In this document: positions 1 through 8,121 of the stretch, in pieces | Numbering within the stretch: the first letter of the stretch is position 1 | Layout: every line of letters starts with the position of its first letter | Source: Opitutales bacterium | GTDB taxonomy: Bacteria > Verrucomicrobiota > Verrucomicrobiia > Opitutales > PNEW01 | Reading direction: 5' to 3' | Length of the DNA: 32,000 nt | Assembly: GCA_965219535.1 (NCBI GenBank) | Contig: CBDCNV010000001.1 | Coordinates: 510,001-542,000 of the forward strand | The notes under the pieces: model-generated | Seen by the model: only the letters and a program-made list of their open reading frames with translations | Database searches by the model: none | Told to the model about the DNA's origin: nothing | Made by a program: the position numbers and the translations under genes

Positions 1-2
1 GA

Positions 3-1685
3 ATTTTTAAAAACCATTTTCGTTTATCTCAATCACTAACGGGTCTGTGCCTGTTAGTTTGTGGATTAATTATATTTAATTTCTTCGGTAATTCTGCCCG
101 CGGTTATATTGATACGACTTCCCTTTTTTATTGGTGGGGTTTCCAATGGTTTAATCCACAATCACAAACAGAACATGGGCCGATCATCCTTGCATTATCG
201 CTCTGGTTATTTTACCGCAACCTGAAAGCCACTTCTACTACTCATAACTCGACATCAACCTGGCTCGGTCTTTTTATTATATTTGGTTCATTACTGCTTC
301 ATATTTTCGGTTACCTGGTACAACAATCACGTATTTCAATCGTCGGATTCCTCGTATTTCTTATTGGCAGTTCCTATCTCCTGGGTGGTTCGCGTTGGGG
401 CAAGGCAAGTGTCTTTCCCTGCACCCTGATGCTTTTCGCCTTGCCCCTTGAATTTCTCACTAATGCGATTGGCTTTACGATGAGACTTTATGTAATTAAA
501 GTCTCTTACTTTTTAGCTCAATTTTGCGGTATTGATATTATCAGGAGTGGGACCCAATTGTTATCTGCTGATGGCGCCTATCAATATGATGTGGCCCCTG
601 CCTGTTCGGGTATTCGTTCACTGGTGGCATTGAGTGCCCTCAGCCTAATCTTGGGCTATCATACTTTCAGAAGCTGGTGGCGACGCGTATTGCTTTTCGT
701 TCTGAGCATACCCTATGCTTTTGTCGGTAATGTTATTCGTATTTTTACGATAATTATTGTCGCCGAGTTGTTCGGGCAAAAGGCAGGTACACTCGTTCAC
801 GAGTGGTTTGGTTTTATCATCTTTATCATCGTACTGGGGCTGGCTATGCTTACCGTTTCACTATTGGGCCGCTATTTACCGGAAACTGACAAAAAAGGGG
901 TAGATTCATTCGATTCACTTCACGAGCATTCCGATTCGAAGATTAAAGCAATCCTTCCTTTTACGGGAGTGGGGACAACAGTTTTAATTAGTGCACTTTT
1001 ACTATCCTCGCTTTTTACGGCGATGTTGACGCGGCGGATTGACTCAATTACCCATAATGGCAAATGCGGTATCGCGCTCGCGGTTAATGAAGTGGACCCT
1101 GTTCCCTTTCCATCGATGCTTAATATCGATTGGGCAGGACGGGAATATCCGGTGAGTAAAGTGGAAAAGGATAACTTGCCGCCAGATACCGGATTCTCTC
1201 GGAAAAGTTATGTCAATCTCTTACACCCCGAACAGGAGGTGAAAATATCCATCGTATTAAGCGGGAAAGACCGGTCTTCCATCCATCGGCCTGAGCTTTG
1301 CCTCGTGGGTCAGGGGTGGACGATTAAAGACAATTTCGCTCATAATTTTTCGGTTCCAGAAATGAAAGGAGGGTTGCTTCCCACTACCGTTTTACGGGTT
1401 GAACATTCTTTGACTAATGTAGACGATACTGAAGTCTTGATTCCTGCACTTTTTGCCTACTGGTTTGTCGGCGCGGATACGGTTGTTCCAACGCACGGGG
1501 AGCGGTTATTTCAAATGGCGCGGGAAAGACTTTTTGGATTTAACGTCAACCGCTGGGCTTATGTCTTTGCACAAACTATTTGTCTCGATGGAGAGGACGC
1601 GGGCTTAGAACGCTTACAGGAAGTTATCGCATTAACGTTAGATCAGTTTCAAGAGGTTGGATTTAGTGAGGAGGATGAATCATAA
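3..1685 (+). CDS. Exosortase (EpsH/Xrt family) fused to a C-terminal EpsI-like domain; 5' end runs off the window
   Basis: The frame of ORF 429..1685 stays open back to nt 3 (..FNFFGNSARGYIDTTSLFYWWGFQWFNPQSQTEHGPIIL..), so the listed Met is internal. The N-terminal half is polytopic and hydrophobic, with the exosortase signature APACSGIRS (catalytic Cys) and GNVIRIF. After a final TM segment comes a ~200-aa soluble domain with EpsI-type motifs IHRPELCLVGQGW and FAYWFVG. Confidence 0.8.
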   Translation: MFKNHFRLSQSLTGLCLLVCGLIIFNFFGNSARGYIDTTSLFYWWGFQWFNPQSQTEHGPIILALSLWLFYRNLKATSTTHNSTSTWLGLFIIFGSLLLHIFGYLVQQSRISIVGFLVFLIGSSYLLGGSRWGKASVFPCTLMLFALPLEFLTNAIGFTMRLYVIKVSYFLAQFCGIDIIRSGTQLLSADGAYQYDVAPACSGIRSLVALSALSLILGYHTFRSWWRRVLLFVLSIPYAFVGNVIRIFTIIIVAELFGQKAGTLVHEWFGFIIFIIVLGLAMLTVSLLGRYLPETDKKGVDSFDSLHEHSDSKIKAILPFTGVGTTVLISALLLSSLFTAMLTRRIDSITHNGKCGIALAVNEVDPVPFPSMLNIDWAGREYPVSKVEKDNLPPDTGFSRKSYVNLLHPEQEVKISIVLSGKDRSSIHRPELCLVGQGWTIKDNFAHNFSVPEMKGGLLPTTVLRVEHSLTNVDDTEVLIPALFAYWFVGADTVVPTHGERLFQMARERLFGFNVNRWAYVFAQTICLDGEDAGLERLQEVIALTLDQFQEVGFSEEDES

Positions 1686-1841
1686 CAATTATGAATTATC
1701 GTATCACCCTTTTATTTAAAGCCATTATTGAGTAATATATTATTTGATGTATCATTAATAGAATTCAATAGATGTTTTTTCCTTCAATATAAGAAAAGGG
1801 GTTGTTTCAATTTTACTTTAACTGCTTAATTCTGTCGAAAA

Positions 1842-2540
1842 ATGAATATGTCATTTTCTCTTAAGTACTTTTCTCCCATCATCATCACATTGATTCTGAT
1901 CGCAAATTCTGCAGAAGCTTATAACGAGAAAATTCTGGACGCGCGAATCGACAGGGCATCGAAGTACTTTAATTCGGTAATGAACACTCCACAATCCCGA
2001 ATCCTTTCTGATTCACTGAAACAGGCCAGGGGGATAATAATATTACGCGCTTTTAAATTTGGTTACATTGTCGCCGTAAAGGGTGCAGAAGGTGTGGCTT
2101 TAGTGAGGGATGAAATAACGGGTAGCTGGAGCGCTCCTGTATTTATTACTTCGGGTGAAGGGAGTATTGGGTTACAGGCCGGGGGGAAAAAAACGGATTC
2201 CGTTATTTTACTCATGAATGAACAAAGTCTGGGTATACTCGATAAATCGAGATTCCAAATTGGACTTGATGTGGCTGCATCCGCTGGCAGTATCGGTGGT
2301 GAGGCTGATGCCACAATCGGCCGGTCCTCGATTATCGTTTATAACAATGTTGACGGGCTTTTTGCGGGGATATCTATAGATGGGGGTTACCTGAAATCGG
2401 ACAAAAGGGCTAATGCCATTTATCACAATAAAAGAAAAATAAATACACGGGAAATCCTTTTCGAAGATAAAGGCCGAAAGACGCAAGCAGCTCGCAACCT
2501 TATCAATCTTATCGAAGAAAACACGATTGCCGATAAATAG
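1842..2540 (+). CDS. Secreted SYLF (Ysc84-like, lipid-binding) domain protein
   Basis: N-terminal signal peptide (IITLILIANSAEA). This is followed by the Gly-rich SYLF core: GAEGVALVRD, WSAPVFI, GSIGLQAGGKKTDSVILLMN, IGLDVAASAGSIGGEADA, GLFAGISIDGGYL. Confidence 0.75.
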   Translation: MNMSFSLKYFSPIIITLILIANSAEAYNEKILDARIDRASKYFNSVMNTPQSRILSDSLKQARGIIILRAFKFGYIVAVKGAEGVALVRDEITGSWSAPVFITSGEGSIGLQAGGKKTDSVILLMNEQSLGILDKSRFQIGLDVAASAGSIGGEADATIGRSSIIVYNNVDGLFAGISIDGGYLKSDKRANAIYHNKRKINTREILFEDKGRKTQAARNLINLIEENTIADK

Positions 2541-2558
2541 TCTTCGGCAGAGCTTCTA

Positions 2559-3365
2559 TTAATCTTCAAAAGGAAGCGGATCCAAACCTCCTCCAAATGG
2601 ATCCTCCGGTCGGGCCCATTCACCCATTAAAGCACGCCGCAGTGGCGATGTGCGCGCGAGAAATTCTGGTGAATTACTTTTTCGATCTGATCGGATCAAC
2701 CAGGGAGGTGCATAAACCATGTGTATTATATAACGATTTAAATCCATCTCGTTTTTCCCCCCGCAGTGATAGACACCTTGATGAAACATAATCGCGGTGC
2801 CTGGTTTTGCGCATAGGCTGAGTGAAATGGGGATCTCTTCAGGCCCAAGGCCCTTCGGTAATGGGACTGAACCATTGTGGCTACCGGGGATCACGACCAG
2901 GTTTCCACGACCTTCCTGCGAAAGATCGGTTAGAACATAACCGATACGGAGTTGAACAAGGGGTGTGGGTGTTGCCAGTTTGCGAAATTCATAAGAACCG
3001 GATCCATCCTGGTGAAAGCGCTGGCCTTGGTAGCCAGTTGGGACCATTGTGCACCAACTGCTTTGTAAGAAAAATTGTTCTCCTAGCAGTGCTCGCACTT
3101 TTGGAAAAACCGAGGGGTGATCAATGAGGTTTTCAAAAGCCTCTTCAGTTTCAAACGTGTTTCCCAGTTGACGCCATTCGTCCTTAGGGTAGGGCGCATG
3201 AACACGCTTGGCCGCTTCGACGCAAGCCTCCGTTTCTTCCGGGCTGAGGGCATCCGGGATGACAAGAAATCCTGCTGTATCAAAAAGAAATTGTTCTTTG
3301 TCCGTAAACTTGCCCGGCTTCCCGAGGGGTAGTTTTTGATCAACTTTGTCTAATGATGCTTCCAT
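2559..3365 (-). CDS. Phytanoyl-CoA dioxygenase (PhyH) family Fe(II)/2-oxoglutarate oxygenase
   Basis: PhyH-like N-terminus FLFDTAGFLVIPDALSPEE, HxD element in RFHQDGSG, distal His in VIPGSH / FHQGVYHCGG. Length is 268 aa. Convergent with the SYLF gene, with an 18-nt gap. Confidence 0.75.
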   Translation of the reverse strand: MEASLDKVDQKLPLGKPGKFTDKEQFLFDTAGFLVIPDALSPEETEACVEAAKRVHAPYPKDEWRQLGNTFETEEAFENLIDHPSVFPKVRALLGEQFFLQSSWCTMVPTGYQGQRFHQDGSGSYEFRKLATPTPLVQLRIGYVLTDLSQEGRGNLVVIPGSHNGSVPLPKGLGPEEIPISLSLCAKPGTAIMFHQGVYHCGGKNEMDLNRYIIHMVYAPPWLIRSDRKSNSPEFLARTSPLRRALMGEWARPEDPFGGGLDPLPFED

Positions 3366-3637
3366 ATACCGTCTGTATGTTTTTTACCGCAGTTATTCTA
3401 AATGAGCTAAATTACCAGTCAAGCATTGCGGTTTAGATTCCAAGTTGTCTATGGATACAATAATTTTTCCATTATCAATCGAAGCTCCATTGATGGAGAT
3501 AATGAGACAAAATTGGAGTCAAGTTTATGAACATAAATAGCCTTAAGTTCGGTTCTTCAGGTGATTGAATAAATGGCATTTATCTTCCCGAGGTGATTTT
3601 TGTAAAGGGTTTTAAATTATGATTAGCTGTTGATTGA

Positions 3638-3678
3638 ACACAATCACACATGGGGAATATTTCCCATAAATTGTGTGT
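3638..3678. promoter_or_regulatory. Compound imperfect palindrome in a 494-bp divergent intergenic region (possible operator)
   Basis: acacaat-cacac-atggggaatatttcccat-aa-attgtgt. The outer 7-bp arms acacaat/attgtgt are perfect. The inner 18-bp atggggaatatttcccat is palindromic except for one mismatched pair. It lies ~180 nt upstream of the 3860 start. Confidence 0.25.
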
Positions 3679-3859
3679 AGATATCCCTATATTGGAAATT
3701 CATCTCACAATTACACCTCAATGTAAGGGCGATATTTTGGAAAAAGTTACGTATATTATTGATGATTAAGTATTAAAGAATGCAACCAACTATTGGCATA
3801 ACACCTGCAAGTAAACCGGCGTTGATAGAGCAATTAAAAATCTAAAGGAGAAACTAAAC

Positions 3860-4639
3860 ATGAAAAAGACAATTAATATCATATTTGCCATTATAATGGC
3901 TGTTTTCTACTTTGGCCTTAAGGCGTCAGGTCAAGATTCTGTTACGGATGTAACCACCGTAACGGATGAAGTTGCCGTCGTCATCGATGAAAGTTCCGAA
4001 GTAGAATTGCTGGGACCCCCAGAACGGGATGAGCGTCATATTGAAATTCCCGATGAACTTAAAGATCGGAGGAGAGATTACATATCCGACCGTAATACGT
4101 TACGTGATGAATTGCGTGCACGTATTGATGGATTGGAAGATCCTACCCGTGAAGATGTTCGCGCGGAAATTGATGCCTTTAAGAGGGAAAACGCTGACCG
4201 AATAGCAGCACAAAGAGAGCGGGCCGCAAGACTACGCGGTGATATAGCAGACTGGCGCGAAAAACATCAGAATCACAAAAAGCGCCGGATTTATAATGCG
4301 CGGACGAATCAAGGTGATGATAATACTGATCCGAGTAATGCCCGTCGACGTTATCACGCCGCTAATGGTGATGATGAAGTGAATCCCCGCAGGCGCTACA
4401 ATGCGCAGGGTGATGATGAAGTGAATCCTCGCCGGCGCGCTTATAACGCGCAGAGAGACGAGATGAATGACAGGCGTCGTGCATTTCAGGCTCAACTCGA
4501 GGACGCGCCGAGTGAAGAGCGCGCGCATGGTCGAAGAACATCGCGAAGAGAATCGTCAGAGGCACCGCGAATTAAAAGAGTCACGCAGGCAGAACCGCGA
4601 GGAAATCAGAGAAGATTTAAGCAGCGATCGCCGCCCTGA
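3860..4639 (+). CDS. Secreted, highly charged Arg/Asp/Glu-rich repeat protein of unknown function (3' end frame uncertain)
   Basis: Good SD (aaaggag, 3845-3851) and signal peptide (IIFAIIMAVFYFGLKASG). The mature part is a low-complexity charged helix-type sequence with tandem GDDEVNPRRR(A)YNAQ units. An alternative +1 frame is also open to 4649 (see findings). Confidence 0.6.
   Translation: MKKTINIIFAIIMAVFYFGLKASGQDSVTDVTTVTDEVAVVIDESSEVELLGPPERDERHIEIPDELKDRRRDYISDRNTLRDELRARIDGLEDPTREDVRAEIDAFKRENADRIAAQRERAARLRGDIADWREKHQNHKKRRIYNARTNQGDDNTDPSNARRRYHAANGDDEVNPRRRYNAQGDDEVNPRRRAYNAQRDEMNDRRRAFQAQLEDAPSEERAHGRRTSRRESSEAPRIKRVTQAEPRGNQRRFKQRSPP
4367..4453 (+). repeat. In-frame tandem repeat (42 nt + 45 nt) inside the Arg-rich protein gene
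   Basis: ggtgatgatgaagtgaatcc(c/t)cgc.. occurs twice back to back (4367-4408 and 4409-4453). The copies encode GDDEVNPRRRYNAQ and GDDEVNPRRRAYNAQ. A degenerate third unit (GDDNTDPSNARRRYHAAN) precedes them. Confidence 0.75.
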
Positions 4640-4694
4640 CGAAGTTTAATTACTACTGTTACCTTAAATAGATAAATACGTCATCATAATCAAA

Positions 4695-4726
4695 GCAGGC
4701 GGTCTTAAACGACCGCCTGCTTTTTT
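4695..4726 (+). terminator. Rho-independent terminator
   Basis: Perfect 10-bp GC-rich stem gcaggcggtc / gaccgcctgc, loop ttaaac, followed directly by tttttt. Located ~50 nt after the stop of the 3860 gene. Confidence 0.8.
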
Positions 4727-4845
4727 ATTAGTCCAGGGAGATTGGCCACAGTTCGAGCAAAGAAGTGTCAGGTTGATATCGATTACAGGAATAATAGCGT
4801 TGTCAGACTGCCAATCTTCGATTTACGGTCTCCATTCTTTTTATT

Positions 4846-6372
4846 ATGACAGCGAAAGAGGAGAAGAGCGCAATTTCACCTATAAGGTCCGAGGATTTTT
4901 CTGAATGGTATCAGCAGGTGGTGCGCGCGGCAGAATTAGCTGAGAACTCTCCCGTGCGCGGGTGTATGGTGATCAAACCCTGGGGTTTTACTCTTTGGGA
5001 AAACATGCAGCGGGTTCTCGATAAAATGTTTAAAGATACAGGTCATCGAAATGCTTACTTTCCTCTGCTCATCCCCAAAAGCTATTTAGAGAAAGAGGCC
5101 GAGCATATTGAAGGTTTCGCCACCGAGTGCGCGGTTGTCACACACACCCGGTTGGAAATGGGAGAGGATGGAAAATTTCAACCTGCATCACCCCTGGAAG
5201 AACCACTCATCATTAGACCGACTTCGGAAACAATTATTGGAGAGATGTATTCTCGTTGGGTGCAGAGTTACCGCGATTTGCCACTTCTCATCAACCAGTG
5301 GGCTAATGTCATGCGATGGGAAATGCGGACGAGGTTATTTTTACGCACTTCAGAGTTTTTGTGGCAGGAAGGGCATACGGTCCATGCTTCGTCGAATGAA
5401 GCGATGGAGGAGACACATCGGATGCTGAAAATCTACGCGGATTTTTGTGAGCAGTATATGGCGCTTCCCGTGATCCAGGGTGAAAAAACTGACCGTGAAA
5501 AATTTGCGGGAGCAGAAACGACATTATGCATAGAAGCGATGATGCAGGATCGTAAAGCTCTCCAATCCGGTACTTCTCACTATTTTGGTCAAAAATTTGC
5601 CAAGGCCAGCAACATTTCTTATTTAGATGAAAATGGTGATCAGGTTTTCGGGTGGACCACCTCCTGGGGAGTATCCACGCGATTAATTGGCGGACTTGTC
5701 ATGGTCCATAGCGATGATGATGGATTAATCATACCACCGCGATTGGCACCCACACATGTTGTTATTCTTCCGATAATTCGTGATGATAAATCTAAAGACG
5801 AAGTTCTTAATTACTGTGAAAAACTGAGCCAGGAATTGAAGGAAATCACGTGGGATGGGCGGTCGTTAGAGGTTGAATTGGATGATCGCGATATTCGTGG
5901 GGGCGATAAGATGTGGCAGTGGGTCAAAAAAGGTGTCCCCATTCGTGTTGAAGTGGGACCGCGAGATATCGCAGAAGACAAAGTGTTTATTGGTCGACGG
6001 GACAAGGGACAGCGTGATCGATTCAGTCAGAATCGGAAAGAATTCATAAGCGGGATTGGTGCTGTGCTTGACGAAATCCAGAATAATTTATTCGAACAAG
6101 CGAAAAAGAATTTGCATGAACACACCGTAAAGATTGATTCAAAAGAAGCGTTTTACGAATTCTTCACCCCACAAAATAAAGATAAACCTGAGATCCACGG
6201 AGGATTTGCCATGGCGCACTGGAGTGGCGACCCTGAGATCGAAGAGGAAGTCCAAAAAAATCTCGGAGTATCTATTCGCTGCATTCCTTTTGATAGCGAA
6301 GAAGAATCAGGTGAATGTGTGATAAGCGGTAAACCAAGTAATAGACGGGTTGTCTGGGGTAAAGGTTACTGA
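4846..6372 (+). CDS. proS: Proline--tRNA ligase (archaeal/eukaryote-like class II type, no INS editing domain)
   Basis: N-terminus FSEWYQQVVRAAELAENSPVRGCMVIKPWGFTLWENMQ is characteristic of the short ProRS type. Class II motifs RPTSETIIGEMY, FLRTSEFLWQEGHT and SHYFGQKFA are present. C-terminal Zn-type domain ends in ..RCIPF..CVISGKPS..VVWGKGY. Confidence 0.95.
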   Translation: MTAKEEKSAISPIRSEDFSEWYQQVVRAAELAENSPVRGCMVIKPWGFTLWENMQRVLDKMFKDTGHRNAYFPLLIPKSYLEKEAEHIEGFATECAVVTHTRLEMGEDGKFQPASPLEEPLIIRPTSETIIGEMYSRWVQSYRDLPLLINQWANVMRWEMRTRLFLRTSEFLWQEGHTVHASSNEAMEETHRMLKIYADFCEQYMALPVIQGEKTDREKFAGAETTLCIEAMMQDRKALQSGTSHYFGQKFAKASNISYLDENGDQVFGWTTSWGVSTRLIGGLVMVHSDDDGLIIPPRLAPTHVVILPIIRDDKSKDEVLNYCEKLSQELKEITWDGRSLEVELDDRDIRGGDKMWQWVKKGVPIRVEVGPRDIAEDKVFIGRRDKGQRDRFSQNRKEFISGIGAVLDEIQNNLFEQAKKNLHEHTVKIDSKEAFYEFFTPQNKDKPEIHGGFAMAHWSGDPEIEEEVQKNLGVSIRCIPFDSEEESGECVISGKPSNRRVVWGKGY

Positions 6373-6401
6373 AACAGTTATTTCGATAAGCAAATGAAGT
6401 T

Positions 6402-7040
6402 ATGCATGCATTTGAAGTAATAGAGAAATTACGGGTGGTGCCAGTTGCGGTAATAGAGCAGGTGCAGTCGGCCCTGCCATTGGCTGAGGCATTGCTTGAA
6501 GGAGGTCTCAATCTGATCGAAGTTACTTTGCGTACCGAGGCGGCTTTTGAAACTATCGGGGCCATTCGAAGTAGTTATCCGGAGATGATTGTCGGAGCCG
6601 GGACAATTCTCGATGCCGATGTCTTATCTCGGCTCGTCGATTTAGGAGTTGGATTTGGCGTATCACCGGGACTTAATAAGAGTGTGGCTGAAGAAGCTCA
6701 GCGAGTTGGTTTTCCTCTTACCCCAGGTGTTATCACACCGACTGAAGTTGAGCGCGCACGCGCAATGGGATTCAACCTGTTAAAATTTTTCCCCGCTGAA
6801 GCATCAGGTGGAGTAAAAATGCTGAAAGCATTAGCGGGCCCCTATGGTCATACTGGCATTCGTTTTATACCGACTGGCGGGATAAATGTGGGTAATGCCG
6901 CAGATTATTTATCCCTGCCGATAGTTGCAGCTATCGGGGGGTCCTGGTTTGTGGATAAAAAACTTATCAATGATGGAAAATATACGGAAATCACGCGTTT
7001 GACTAAGGAAGCGATTAGTCTGGCCGCGGGAAATTTGTAG
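6402..7040 (+). CDS. eda: 2-dehydro-3-deoxy-phosphogluconate / 4-hydroxy-2-oxoglutarate aldolase
   Basis: 212 aa. Motifs VPVAVIEQVQSALPLAEALLEGGLNLIEVTLRT, GAGTILD and LLKFFPAEASGG (Schiff-base Lys context), plus IPTGGI. Confidence 0.9.
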   Translation: MHAFEVIEKLRVVPVAVIEQVQSALPLAEALLEGGLNLIEVTLRTEAAFETIGAIRSSYPEMIVGAGTILDADVLSRLVDLGVGFGVSPGLNKSVAEEAQRVGFPLTPGVITPTEVERARAMGFNLLKFFPAEASGGVKMLKALAGPYGHTGIRFIPTGGINVGNAADYLSLPIVAAIGGSWFVDKKLINDGKYTEITRLTKEAISLAAGNL

Positions 7041-7086
7041 CATAAAAACCGGCCAACCGAGCTCGTCGACATACGGATACTTTATT

Positions 7087-7111
7087 TCTCCCTATTTCTT
7101 AAATAGAGAGG
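7087..7111. terminator. Weak hairpin between convergent eda and the LolA-like pseudogene
   Basis: tctccctattt-ctt-aaatagagagg gives a ~10-bp stem with one mismatch. It is AT-rich and only weakly followed by T-rich sequence on the + strand. Confidence 0.3.
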
Positions 7112-7115
7112 TCAA

Positions 7116-8020
7116 TTATTCTTCATCCAGTAGAGATAGAATTTCTCTATCTGTTTCTTCACCCCAGCTGATTAAATATTCCTTAGAAAACAGGCCTTTG
7201 GGTAGAGGGAGATTATAACGGGATTTCAGGGAAACCAGCACCGTGATAGTGCGTTTAAGATGATGGGTGATCTCCAATCGTTTAGCACGTATTTGAGGGG
7301 AGCCGTGTTTCATTACGTTTTCATGTCCTGAGGCGCGTACGGTTTTAAGAAGACGGTCATCGTGATCAAATGCCTCAGATTGGATTAGACGACCATCATC
7401 CCTCGTTAAATAAAGAAGACGCTTCTTATAAGCACTCTACGATTGTAATTCGGTATTGGCAAAGTGCCCTTCAATTATATTGCAATCATGACCATCATAA
7501 TAACCTCTTCCGATTATTTTATGTACCCATTCTTCTTTGTCGTCATCTATAGTGTCTTCGAGGTTCCAGGCAGTCTGTCCTAAAGACTGTTTCATGTCTT
7601 GGCCTTTTATTCCCTCACCTTTTTATGTGTGGGATCATATAGGAATATTTTGGGTTTCTGGCCTTTTTTCTGGATCGTTAAATTAATATAACCGGCATTC
7701 TTTTTAGATGAAAGTATACGAAAAATACCATATACTCCATCTTCAGCGTATTGATACATAATAAGCATTTCGCCGGTATCGACATTGCCATCCATATCGA
7801 CCTCTACCGTTTTATAGAGTTCTACCTGTGATTCGACGACAAAAGATTGATCAAACTTCCTTACAATATCAGGAGCTGTATTCTGAGGTAAACGAAAGGC
7901 GGTAGCCGTTAGAAATAATCCTACGGATATCAATAAATGAAAGACGCCACGCCCGATTAGCCCGTGTTTCAAGACTCGTTTGATTTTTAGGCTGCAAGCA
8001 TATGTATCAATCTTTACCAT
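7116..8020 (-). pseudogene. LolA-like outer-membrane lipoprotein-sorting family protein, disrupted by one frameshift and one in-frame TAG
   Basis: Three collinear minus-strand pieces. Piece 1 is 8020..7607 (signal anchor, ..KIFLYDPTHKKVRE*). Piece 2 is 7595..7440 (MKQSLGQTAWNLEDT..GHDCNIIEGHFANTELQS, then TAG at 7439..7437). Piece 3 continues in the same frame to 7116 (SAYKKRLLYLTRDDGRLIQSEAFDHDDRLLKTVRASGHENV..RLEITHH..). Joined, they read like one ~300-aa LolA-like sorting protein: LP-KKVR..S-G-DF--ED.., then Y-K...W-D......E-FD..G.LLKT motifs. Confidence 0.6.
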
Positions 8021-8121
8021 AAAATAATTTCTAGAGAGTACTAGTCATTTTGCAGATTAATCAAGGACTCTGCTACAGGATGACAATGTTCTTTCTTCAA
8101 ATGAGCAAGGATCGGCAGTCC

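Noticed and set aside
2063-3343. ORF-track entries inside or antisense to the SYLF and PhyH genes (2063..2314, 2208..2486, 2423..2623, 2597..2791, 2822..3127, 3083..3343, 3117..3332).
   Set aside because: They lie within or opposite clearly recognisable genes. Their composition is biased and junk-like (Ser/Arg/Pro-rich), and no motifs are present. They are shadow ORFs.
7437-7439. The in-frame TAG in the LolA-like gene as possible programmed read-through or recoding.
   Set aside because: TAG is used as an ordinary stop by neighbouring intact genes (the SYLF gene at 2538-2540 and eda at 7038-7040). The same gene also has a frameshift. Decay or a sequencing error is simpler.
7370-7552. Plus-strand 60-aa ORF between eda and pyrG.
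   Set aside because: It is antisense to the middle fragment of the LolA-like pseudogene, whose minus-strand translation has clear family-like sequence.
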